DNA from: Vitrella brassicaformis CCMP3155
Lineage: Eukaryota; Protista; Chromerida
Assembly (NCBI GenBank): GCA_001179505.1
Contig: CDMY01000363.1
Span: forward strand, 1-64,000
DNA length: 64,000 nt
Direction: 5' to 3'
The notes below the pieces were generated by a model. The model had not been told where the DNA came from. It worked only from the letters and a program-made list of their open reading frames with translations, and did not search any database. Position numbers and translations under genes: made by a program. The stretch's first letter is position 1. Each line of letters starts with the position of its first letter. Shown here one piece after another: positions 24,401 to 36,078 of this stretch.

Positions 24401-26421
24401 AGCGCGAGAAGCGGCTGCGTCAGTGGGCCGAGACCCTCAAGGCACAGCAGCAGGCCGCTGAGGACTCCGTGCTCAAGGCAGAAAGGAGAATTCGCGAGGC
24501 TGAAAGCCACGTCGCTGAAGAAAAGTGAGCGAATGGACACACACACACACACACACACACAACACATTCAGGCTCCCTCTGCACACACCGTCCCTTGTCT
24601 GCATGCCTATGTGCAGGCGTAAGTTGGTGCAGGATCTCCGCCTGGCCGCCAGGGGCAAGGAGGACGTCGAGAGCGCACAGCTGGTACACTTGACACAACA
24701 CCACACAACACAACACGCCGCCACTTACAACACACAATCCACCCACCCGGGCTTGTCTGTTGGTTGCCTCCACTGACGCAGCGCTTTGCGGGGGAGCGTG
24801 CGCAGATAGACGAGGAGCGTCAGCGTGTCCACGCCATGAAGAAGCGCGTGGCGGCCGTGGCGCTCGAGGTGCAGCAGAAGAGCCAGGAGCTCGTCGGCAT
24901 GTACCTCGACATGAAGACAGAGGCACGGCGCGTCTACAACCTCAAAAACCAAATCAAAGAGGCAAGAACGCCCCTCACTCCTCACCACCAGCTGAGCTGA
25001 AATGGGTGGATCGGTCGGTGTCTGATGTCCCTCTCCTGTCTGTGCAGGGTGAGCAGGACTATTCCGACCGCCTGGCGACTCTGCGCGGCCTCCACATAGA
25101 CCTAGAGAAGCGAAAAAGCGACTTGTTCCGGCTCGACGAGCACCGCCAGCAGCAGCGGTGGGTGGACTTCGCCAACGCCGTGCACCTCGCAAAGCCATCC
25201 AAGTCGCGGCCCTCGCCGCCAGCCGTCCCCCTGCTGCCCCTGACCGAGGCGGGCACCAAGGGCGAGAGGACAGACGAGGGCAGGGGGATGGACACAACGG
25301 CCCCCACACGGCCCACGACATCACCTGGGACGCACCTGGTGGCCTCGGCGACCAGCCGCGAGAATGAGGGCAAGACCGGCGAGGTGAGTGAGTGAGTGAG
25401 CCACATGAAGGAGGATGATTTCTCGATTGGCACTGTCTGTGTGTTGGTCAGGGTGAAGGTGGCGTGGCGCTGCCGTCGATGTCGGTGAGGGCGGTGGGCG
25501 ACCGGTCGCGGGGCCTGCAGGAGCACCTCAAGGTGTGGGACAACGAGCTACGCCAGATGAAGAACTTCCTCGTTGACATCAAGTAATCGCCCACACACCG
25601 ACACCCACACCCACACCCACACCCACACACAAGCCAAGCCAATATCTCCTTGTATTATGCAGGCTCGACATAGCTGCTGGAGGTCCTCCTGGGCCTGATG
25701 AGGATGAGCATGTAGATGAGGCCCTGATAGACGAGGATGAGGGCGAGGTGGAGCGTGGGCCGGTGCTGCTGCCCGAGAAGGTAGGCGGTGTGGAGGTGCG
25801 GCCGCTGGCCAAGCCTGACATTGGCCACCGGGTGGAGCCGCCGCCACTGCCGTCATCTGCAGCACTCAGATGTAAGCAGGGAGAGGGGAGCAGGGAGGCT
25901 GAGGTGTACAATGATGATGGAATAGGTTGAGGAGGGCGTCTGCACGCCCTTTGACTGCTACTATGGTCACAATTCGCTGAGCAACTCACACCAGCATACA
26001 TAGCCCACCCACCGTCTTCCCTCAACAACGAATTCTGCTTTATCTCTCTTTTTCTCTCTCTCTCTGTGTGTGTGTGTGTGTGTGATCAGACTTTCCCTCG
26101 TCCAAGGCCCGTTCTCTTCTGGAGAGCTTTGACGTCACCCAGCCCAGCCCGTCCACCCCCACCCCCACCCTGACACGGCAGCCCCCCTCATCAGCGGTCG
26201 GCATGCGCATCAACGTGCCCTCCCCCGACCCATCTGACCACCACATGCCCTCTCGCACATCGCTTTCATTCTCGGTCACACCACAGTCGTCCGTGGCGGC
26301 CTCACACCTGCCGTCCCACAGCCAGAGTGTGCTGCCGGGTGGTGAGACGGGCCAGGGGTCTCGGAGCGCTTCGCTGAAGAGCTTGGAGCCGCTGCAGATG
26401 CCAGGGGGGAGCGGGGCGTAG
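21414..26421 (+). CDS. Large multi-exon protein with a disordered Pro-rich N-half and a long coiled coil (possibly centriolar, FBF1-like)
   Basis: MKSGGAGREDEQRKAL... start; successive E/R/Q/K-rich heptad exons (LLEQLRSEKVRL..., EFDRKLGEAKDTYEEQVRRL..., QIDEERQRVHAMKKRV...) splice in frame. The family assignment is speculative. Confidence 0.75.
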
Positions 26422-26855
26422 GTAGGATTGTAGCTACTGCTTGATGGAATGAATGCAGTGTGTCATGTACAGTGGATCGACGGTCGTGATTGGCATGTGT
26501 GTGGATTCACTTTGCGTGGGTGGCTGCGAGTGTCGACGGCATCGAACTGTATTAGTCGATTCAGCGAGGGATGAATGGTCTCTGCCAGCCATTGCTGCAT
26601 CCGAGAAACTGCTGAGTCCATGGCAGATAGAACAACACTCAACCACCACTCGACAGACACAACACACATGCACATGCACCATTCCATTCAGTCTCCTGGC
26701 CTCCCTCACACACACGGACGGATCCATGCATGTGTGCAGGCATCGTCGTGAATGTAGGTGAGTGACCGAGGGAGGCCTCTTGCTTTTCGCATCTCTATAT
26801 CAATCAATCAATGAGCAGTAGAAGAAACGACACACGCCCCATCCCCCCTCCCCCC

Positions 26856-27155
26856 NNNNNNNNNNNNNNNNNNNNNNNNNNNNNNNNNNNNNNNNNNNNN
26901 NNNNNNNNNNNNNNNNNNNNNNNNNNNNNNNNNNNNNNNNNNNNNNNNNNNNNNNNNNNNNNNNNNNNNNNNNNNNNNNNNNNNNNNNNNNNNNNNNNNN
27001 NNNNNNNNNNNNNNNNNNNNNNNNNNNNNNNNNNNNNNNNNNNNNNNNNNNNNNNNNNNNNNNNNNNNNNNNNNNNNNNNNNNNNNNNNNNNNNNNNNNN
27101 NNNNNNNNNNNNNNNNNNNNNNNNNNNNNNNNNNNNNNNNNNNNNNNNNNNNNNN
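26856..27155. other. Assembly gap (300 N)
   Basis: Run of n characters. Confidence 1.
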
Positions 27156-27158
27156 CTC

Positions 27159-29631
27159 TTACGCACATCGCCTCATTGCGCCTGTACACAAGACCATGCA
27201 CGCACGCCAATCCCTCCATGAAGGACACGTCAACCGAGACTGCTTGTCATCCCTGGAAGTGGGCTGCGCGCGATGCTGCGGGAGTTGTGCACCGATACTG
27301 CAAGACAAGACAGCAAATGAGCATCCATGTTCAATCCAATGCACGTGTGTGCACAAGCAGGATGTCTCCTTACGCGTGACATCTTCAGGGCATTTCTCGT
27401 CGGCATCAACCGGCGACCTCAGCTGCCAAGCGTCTTCCGCACCAGCAGGCACAGCCACCATCTCAGGGGCCACATCAGCGGTTTTGGCGGCCTCGTCGAT
27501 GGCCTTGAGCACCCATCTGTGCCGCGTCCCGTGACGCACCTCCCCCGCTTCAGCATTGACAGTGCTGCTGGCGGCGGCCTTTGCGTCCCGCTCCTGCTTG
27601 GCAGCGATAGCCTTTGAGATGATGTTGGTCTTGAAGCCGTAGCCCGGCCGGGTGTGGCCCACACGCCCGGGAGACCACGTCACGAAGAAGCGAAAGCTGA
27701 GGGAGGAAGGAACAAGGGCAATAAGATGCGAGGACATTTGGTCGATCGGTGGGTGTATTTGTGTTGACTTACAATTTTCCGTCTTGGAATTGCTTGACCA
27801 GCTCCGGGTCCACCTGCTCTAGACCGGCTGCCGTGCTCGCAGCAGCAGCATAGAAGATGGTCTCCACCTTGTAGGTGCGGATGTTCCCCCAGTCGGGTGT
27901 GCCCTCGATGTGGTCGGCCCCCCAGCCCTCCATCACAAATGACCAGCCGCTCGGGTACGACAGCCACTGAGGCACCGCCTCGCCATTGAGCAAATCGGAA
28001 CGCTTCTCGCAAAAGTGACGCAAATACTGACACAAACAACAACAGCAGGCAGGCAGGCAGACAGAGAACGACATATATGTTTTCTCTCTGTCTGTGTGTC
28101 CTCTCTCTCTGTGTCACACGTGCCGCGCCCACGTCATAGAGCTTGACAGCGAAGTGTGCCATCCACTCTTTGTGTGTCTTGCCCTGCGGATAGGCCCTCT
28201 CGTTTTGCCCTGGTGGTAAGCCCGGTGAGGACGCCACACTCGACGGACGGCTGGTGGCCAAGGACGGCGTGCGATTGGTCGACCTCCTGGAACGCTCCGG
28301 CTCAGAAGGCTCTTCCAGCACCAACGCCCGCCGCCTTCGTGAGCGAGACCGATCATTTTTCTCCTTCTCCTCCTTCTCCTCCTTGACCTCCTGCTTGTCC
28401 ACCGCCTCACTCCTCAGCCGCGACGGGCGATTGCGGCGGCTCTCGCGGGCCCCCCTCTTGGCACGCGGACCGGCGATCTCGGTCCAGGTGGGGTAGGGCA
28501 GATCCTCTGTGACATCATCCGCCATAGCCGCCGCCGCCGTCGCCGCACGACCCCCCCTGGCGGCCACTTTGGCCTTGGCCGTGGAGGACCGTGGGTTGGC
28601 CTTGCTGGGCACCTGCAGCGGCTTTGGGCGCGGCCTGTTGGGGGAGGGCTGGCCGAGGATGATCGACGGGGGAGCCTTGCTGCCGTGGGGGCTGGTGGTC
28701 TGGGGAGGCGTGGCAAATGGCGTGGGGTACACTGAAAGGGAGCAACAACGGCAGCAGGAGAACAAGTGCACACTTGATCACACGCCCGTTTTCTTCCCTC
28801 TGTCCTCTACCTGAGGTACCGTTAGGCGTCCCCCCGTTGTGCTGGCCGCGACCCTGACGGCCACCGTCGGCCTCGATTTTCACGGATGGCGACGGCACGT
28901 GATTGGGTGCCTTATCATCAGCGACGGCGGCGGCTGCCTGCTTGCGTTGCTGGCGGCGCTCCTGTCGCTCAAGCCTTATCTTCTGGATCGTCGACGCACC
29001 GAACTGGACATGCCAGTCGAACTCTCCAAGCTCGACAGTGTCCCTCTGTGGGAAGTCCCTCAGGTGCCGGAGAGCCCGCATGGCCGTGAGGGCGCCATCG
29101 AGGGTCCGGAAGTCGACACAGAAGGCACTCTCGTTGTCAGGCGGGGGAGGGAACCGAACCCCGATACCTTCCAACTCGCCGTACTGCTGGAAGTACTCGC
29201 GCAGTTGTAGTCGTGAGTAGTCACCTGGACGACCAGCGGCCCACACAGTATAGCAATTCTCGCTGTCAAACTCCACCTGAGGGACAGAAAAGGAAAACCA
29301 TGCACGCATTGTGTGTGAAGCCCACATCATGAAGTGAGGCTCTCACGCTTGTCACGAGCCGACTGAGAGGCATGTGGTCGACGGAGTATGTGCTCCTACG
29401 TACCTCTGGGAGCCTCTCGGCCTCCGTTGCCTCCCTCTTTTTGTCTTCGGGTCCTTTCCTGACTCTCGCGGCGAGTGAGGACAGAGGGAGCGGCAGAGGA
29501 GGAACGAGAGAGACCGAATGGTTCGCTGCCATAGGGGTGCAACCCGTTCTGCCTCTACAGTGCCCCCGTCTTACACTGTCAAGCTCGCAGGCCCCCCCGA
29601 GCTCGCGAACCGTTTTTTGAAGCTGCCCCAT
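27159..29631 (-). CDS. Protein with a divergent RRM-like domain, a disordered basic linker and an unidentified globular C-terminal domain; may continue across the gap
   Basis: YTVWAAGRPGDYSRLQLREYFQQYGELEGIGV...AFCVDFRTLDGALTAMRAL fits the RRM pattern; later exons are EWMAHFAVKLYD|YLRHFCEKR...GWSFVMEGWG...|LSFRFFVTWSPG. Confidence 0.65.
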
Positions 29632-29749
29632 TGCAAACTCGCACGTTGACCTTCGAAGACGAATGAAACGACCGGAGGAAGCCACACGAGTCATCCGCGG
29701 CTACTTAGCAGAGGAGCGGCGCGACGAGAGGCTGCTGCGGAGGGTTTTG

Positions 29750-32700
29750 CGTGAATGCACTTGAGAAGACAAAGAAGGGAACATGGAGGTGGGTGGAGAT
29801 TGTTGGCGACAGAGAGACGCTCAAGGTACAGTACTGTACGTGGATCATGGGAGGAAAGAAAGAGCCACGTGGATTGGATGAGTTTTGCAATACACGTGAC
29901 TGACTCACCAGGCACTGTGGTCATTCATCGGTGGCGACCACCCCAACCTGATGGAAGAGCCCCTTTTTCTGATCCACGAATGCTGCATGAAGGAGCAACC
30001 TGTGGCTGAAGTTTTCATCGACACTATCGGGGTGACGAAAAAGGAATGGGGCCATCGCATGTGGTCCATGCATCAAAGGATTCCAAGAAACGACAAGACA
30101 CTCAGGTCGGGCAGCGAGACAGCAGATGACGACGGTCACATTTCACGATTCTCTTTGCTGTTCTCGGCGCAGGATCTCCGTGGCCGCCATCGATTTGCTG
30201 GAGCACGCCGATATTGACCCGGACGTGCTGCTTGCACTTGCCGGAACGGCCTATGACCAAACTCTCCATCCTTTCATTCGCCAGGCGGCGAACATTGTCG
30301 TGCACATACAGAGGCAAAGCGTCGTCAAGTCCCAAGTCAAGCCTCTATTCTTTGCGGTACGTGCAGAGAGACGTGTGATGAGGGCTGAACATGATAGCTT
30401 GCCATCGCTGGGCCTCTGTGGTAGGTTTCAGACGTTATGAGCGGTCTTTCTTTGCTGGCATTGGGCATTCAAGGAAAGAAACGCCTTCCAATTGAGCCGT
30501 CTGAGCTCTCGGAGCACGTCAATGTCAAGCTCCCGACTATCCTCCGCTCGGCGAAAGCGGCTTACGAAGGCGCACAATTGACAGCTGAGTGCGGTGGTGA
30601 GGACAACATGGCTATCCTATCCGATGTATTTCACAGGACGTACAACAATGTCTCGCCCGACGTGCTGGTGGAGCTGCTCTCCGTCAAATGTCCAGCGATT
30701 CAGCTATCTGCACTTTTCCTTCTCGCGGCCTACACATCAATCTGTCGCAATCTGGATCGTGAGGTCAAGGGCTGCGGCAACAGCCATCCTCCAAGCTCAA
30801 CCTTTCTCGGTAGCGTGTGTGAGAGGCTCATCAAGGCCCGCGACTGCAGTGTCCTTCCTGAGCTTCTCCAAGCCGAGGATGACGCGCTGCAATCAATCAC
30901 AGGTGTCAGCCCTCTGTTGGTCCGGTCTGCCGTGGTCACTTTGTTGACTGACGCTCTGGCCTGCGGTCGGGAGATTCCTGAGTTCAATTTTGGCGGGGAC
31001 CTGACAAAGCCCTTCTGCATGGCACTGAAAACGGTCCACCCACCGTTTGAACAGCACTTTCAGGACCAGCACGGCATCGTTGGATGGATGAAGCGGGCAA
31101 TCATCCAAACAGACGGATCCGTCTTTTTGCGGCACAAGTGTATGCGGTTCTTGCTCGGGTGTGTGGTGGCGCTAGTGCAGAAGGAGAAAGAAGCTGTCAT
31201 CATCATTCCATCCCCCTTATGTGGGCATCTCATGGAGGCCACTTGGATCGGCGCGCTGACTACATTCCTCGTAGAACACAGCCTTGTACGGCCTGCATTG
31301 AAGAAGACACAACTATGGGACAGCTCAGCGAAGATGGCAGTCGTAATGCTGTCTGTCCTCAGAGAATTTTGTCCTGAGGCTTTGACGACTATTGCTGCAT
31401 CGCCAGGCTTCGAAATTTTATTGAAGACCAAACAAGAGCTGACTCCTGCGGTGAACGACTTTCTCCGTGTGACCCAGGAACAGATGACCGCAGCAGGCTC
31501 TGTTTCAGAACAGCAGCCTGCTAGCTCTTCATTTGTTTCCGATGAGACACATGATCGTCTGGCGCCGTACCTGGCCGAGGCCGAGAATATAGAGAAGACG
31601 TTATTTCACGGTGCCATCTGTGATCCAGCCCTGTTAGCGACCGGGCTTGAAAAAGTACGCCTGCAGGATAAACAATGTCTGAACATATGCATGCATACTG
31701 TTTTGTGCATGTCCTAGATGTACGAGATGACCCATTACCCCAACAAAGACGTCCAGGAGCACGCAATTCATCTCCTTGCCAGACACATGAATCTCTTTGA
31801 CCTCCCACAACCTCAGCCGAGCCGTATAAATCCATATCTCAAGACGCCGTCGAAAAGGCAGGAGTGGTTTGAGCATTTCTCCAGCCTGTTACTGGAGCAC
31901 CCGCAGAGTTTAAACCTCTACACTATCATCGCGTTTCTGCTTGTTGAGCCTGGGCCCTCTGGATATCTGTTCGCCATGAGGCCGCTCCCAGAGTTAAATG
32001 AGCAGATGGTCGCTGCAGTGAGGCATCAACTGATCAACGCCTCAGTCCTCACAACAATTGGCCCGCCACTGCTGATTCTAGCGGCGGCTGTCCAAACTGC
32101 CCCAACCGTCCAGGTGAGAGCATTTGGTGAAGAGACACCGTGTCCACCTTCCATGGAAATGTATGTCTCGTGTGTCACAGTCTTTGTTCGAGTCCATCGC
32201 GCCTACCCCTAGACTTCTCGTCGACGATAAGCGCGATTTCTTTCGGCAGTCTCCGGGCGGCGGCGGCGGCGGCTTCAGCGTGCCGTATACGGCGCTCGTC
32301 AGCATGTTCATGGACGCGGTCTTTCGGAAGATTGAAGACTTTCGGCGTACCTTGGGAGAAAGTGATTGGCAGAGGCAAGCTCAAGAGGCTTTTGTGGCTG
32401 TGGAAGAGGAGCTGCCGTCCGCAGAGTCGGTCTTTATGGCGTCTCAGAAGCCGGACGTAGTGCATCTGGCTTTCTTCTTTGAGATCTTCTTCAAGGCCAG
32501 CTCAGCTTTCGCAAAAAGAGTACATCAGCTCTTATTCCAGGACACAAGTGCGCTCAAGCAGGTCGCAAGGGGCCTGTCAAAGGTAGATAGAAGGAGTTCC
32601 AATGCATTGCGAAAGCCACCACATGAATGTGTACATTATCAAGTGAAATGTGTCCATCAGCCCGAGGCGGCAGTGTATACCAACATGTTGTACGTCCTGA

Positions 32701-34445
32701 GCGAAGTCCTCCAAACAGCCCACTCGCCTCTAGACACTGCCGGGATCTCTGAAGCAGACAATGCGCGTGAAGCTGATTTGAGGGTCTTAAAACGCGTCGG
32801 CCTTCTTGATTCCCTTCTTGACGGTCTGGCTGATTGCAAGGAGACACCAAGGCAGCTTGTCATGACGATTGTTCGAGCGCTTATAAGCGTCGTAACACTT
32901 CAAAGGGTGGATCAACAGAAGAAGCCCCCCTTTGGTGTCCTCTTGACATTTCCATTAGAGATGCCCTCACTTACCTGCTGCGAGTTGCTGCGCCAAGAGA
33001 GTAAGAGACTTGCAAAGCTTGCGGAAAGGCTCGTAGAGGTCCATTCGGATTGTACCAGCAGGAGCTGGCCTACGTCGGGTATGTGCACGACACACTGTTC
33101 TTTTAACTGATCATCTCGTTTATGTTCTCATTCCATCAGCTCGATTTTTCTGTTTCTCGCTTACCTGGTTCGTTCCGAGGAGGAATTGCGGGTAACATCA
33201 CCATCAAAGGAGCCTCTCGTGGCTCAGGCGATACTCTCAAGTCCGAAAACACAGAATGCCAGACGGCAACAAGGCAACAAGGCTCCGACGTCGATGGCTA
33301 TTAAGTTGCTGGAAACGGTTGAGCCGATTCTGGACAAAGTCGCGCTCGAGAAACAGGCAAAGCTCCTGCAGGAGCTGGAGGATGAGAAGCCAGACAAAAA
33401 AACCAACAAGAAGGAGAAAAGGCCGAGACACAGGGCTGCCGTGAATCAGGAAGCACAGCCTGCCTCTCAGTCGTCATCAGAACCGCCTGCCTGCCCAAGC
33501 GCCGCAGCCCACTCGGACTCACCTTGTTCAGCTGAAGCTGCACATGACAGGCGCCTTCCCGAGACAGGTGGTGATCTCGATGCAGAGGATTCGGCGGTCG
33601 ATGATGATCCTTGTCTACTCTCCCCTCAAGGGCCACACATCGACGGCTTTGACGGGCGAAGATGGCCGCTACATGCCCCAGCGCCCTTTGCCCCACCTCT
33701 CCCGCTTCGACCGCAGGCTATGCCAAATGAGGATCTGCCACTGGACGGCCTGGTGGACTTGCCATCTCTCTCCACGGGCGCAGCTGTGGCTGCCTGCAGT
33801 TGCAATGAGGCAGGGATCACGGCAGGGCCACCCGATGAGGCATTCGTCATCGGGTAAGGAGACAGTATCTCTGACGAGGGCAGGCCGAGGCCGAATACCA
33901 TAGTGTGTCTCACCTATGACGTGCAGGATGATGAGCAACCAGGTGGCCTCACTGCAGCGACAGATATCATCGCTGCAGAAGGAGTTGGCAGACACCAAGG
34001 CTCAAGAGACGGCAACATGCGACATCAAGAACCGGTACATTCACATCTTGCCTTTGATGGGCCAGCGACAAGATGTGGTTTCATCCTTCTCCCCTCACCT
34101 GTTGTCAGCATGCAGGAAATGCTCCGAGGGGCAGCGGCGGAACTGAAGAAGGAGAAAGAGGCCCGCACAGATCTCGAGGCTCGTCTTGTCGAGGCGGAGG
34201 AGCGGCTGAAATCACATCAGAGGGAGGCCGAAACGAGGCACGTCGAGGAGGAGAGGAAAATGGCAACGAGGTGTGGTGTGTGTCAGGAGCGTCAGTGTAA
34301 CGTCCGCTTTGTTCCGTGTGGGCACACATCGATCTGCCTCAAGTGCATGCAGTGCCACATGCTGAAATTGCCAGAGAAGCATTGCATTTGTTGTGAATGC
34401 AGGGGAGGGTTCACGTCGTGGGCAGTGGTGAAAGGGGACACGTAG
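29750..34445 (+). CDS. Large alpha-helical (ARM/HEAT-like) protein with a coiled coil and a C-terminal C3HC4 RING finger (putative E3 ligase)
   Basis: Long helical-looking exons (30437-31717, 31718-32212, 32124-33110, 33186-33857) join through short introns and end in CGVCQERQCNVRFVPCGHTSICLKC...CICCECR. The start codon is unresolved. Confidence 0.75.
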
Positions 34446-34736
34446 AAGTACATGTCTTGATGAAGCATACCAAGCAGACAGAGAGACACTGTGCCTTCTG
34501 CAGCAGAAACTTGATTCATGAGCTTTTATGTTTGTGTCCATCTGGCAGAAAGTCAATAAGAAAACATGCTCAACAGATGACCATCCAGACACTGCCTGCT
34601 CCCAGCCAGCCACCAACACACACATACATGCACACATACACACACGCTCGCACTCACACGGCTACAGCCGTCAGCAACCGTGCTAATGAATCCTGAGATC
34701 CCCACCCCCATTGGCATATACACCGTGCAGTTCTTC

Positions 34737-35602
34737 TCAGGTGGCAGCATCGACGACGGCATCGGCGGCTCCACTCACCGCATTGGCTGCATCCTCACCG
34801 AACAAGGCCAACAGGCACGCGCAGCACGCCAACCCTCCCAACAACGCACCCACGCCTGACACACGCTCAGAGACATCCTGATGTGATGCATTTCATGCAT
34901 GTGGCCCCCCTGCGGCGTCTCTTCGGGCACTACTCACCACAGCAGGCGCAGCACTGTTCCTTGCGCTTCTGCTCGTCCGTGCGGCCCCCCTGGTCGTCAG
35001 TGATGATGTTCGCCTTGTACCTGCATCCACGGCATCAAAGAGCATCGCACATGAAGAGACGCAGGTGAAAGGAAAATCGTCTTACGGCTGTGATGGGCTC
35101 TCCTGCCCAGGTGTCTGTGTCTGCGGCTGCACAACTTGTGGCTGTGGCTGCTGATACATGACCTGCGGCTGCTGAACCTGCGGCTGCTGATACGGCTGAA
35201 CCTGAAGATGAACACCCAGATACAGACGAGAAATATGGCAATGAGTGTCTCCCCCTCCCTCCTCGCTCTGTTCCCCGGTCGAGTGTTACTTGTGGCTGGG
35301 GCTGGACAAACATCTGAGGCTGGGGCTGACCGTACTGCTGGGGCTGAGGCTGCGTGATGATATACGTCGTGGTCGTCGTCCCTGACGCAAACAAAAAATT
35401 CCATTGCCCCCCACAGTGCGTTCAAGTTTCTCTCTCTCCTGTCTTGATTGCTCCGAGGGTGGGTGAGGGTGGCCTCACCTGGTTGCTGCTGCTGGTACAT
35501 GGGCTGCGGCTGAATCTGTTGTTGGTAGACGGGCTGCGGTTGCTGCTGGTAGATGGGCCGCTGTTGTTGCTGGCCCGGCTGACCTATCACGATGGTCGTC
35601 AT
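34737..35602 (-). CDS. Small Q/P-rich protein with a Cys-rich hydrophobic C-terminal tail (CYSTM-like)
   Basis: Q/P/Y-rich exons, then YKANIITDDQGGRTDEQKRKEQCCACC|GVGALLGGLACCACLLALFGEDAANAVSGAADAVVDAAT*. Confidence 0.7.
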
Positions 35603-36078
35603 GATGACTCAACCGGACGAAGTTGATACACGCAACGGGAAGCAGCCCAAGCCCCTTATTTCAGTCCTCTCCTTCACCTCTTTCGGCTTAGCTCGCAGAC
35701 CCCCCCGATCGTCGAGAATTGCCGTTGGTGGCAGCTTTGCCGACTCCAGCACGCGAAGGGCCCTCTACAGTGCTGCCAGTGTTGTGTCAGCAGGCCTTGA
35801 ATCATGATCTTGAGAAATTGCGTCTAACGGCATCCCTCCCGCTTCGCCTTCCCTCCCGCCTCTCCATCGCATCGAATTCCGTACACTGCACCACAGAGAT
35901 GCTCCACAGTCCAGAGGGCGCCAGGGACTGAGGCTCTCGGCTGCCGAGCGGGTTTTGTCCACCTGGCCCTTGTCTTTGTGAAGGTCCTCTTTCCGCCACC
36001 CACCGCACCGCATAAGTAAGTGTTTGTCTGCTGTGCTGCCGGCTCCCTTCCGTCCCGCCACCCTTCTGCAGCCTCAGA

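Noticed and set aside
21414-26421. Assigning the symbol FBF1 or another centriolar gene
   Set aside because: Only a generic disordered plus coiled-coil architecture is visible, with no diagnostic motif.
26800-27228. ORFs containing long X runs
   Set aside because: Artefacts of translating the 300-N gap.
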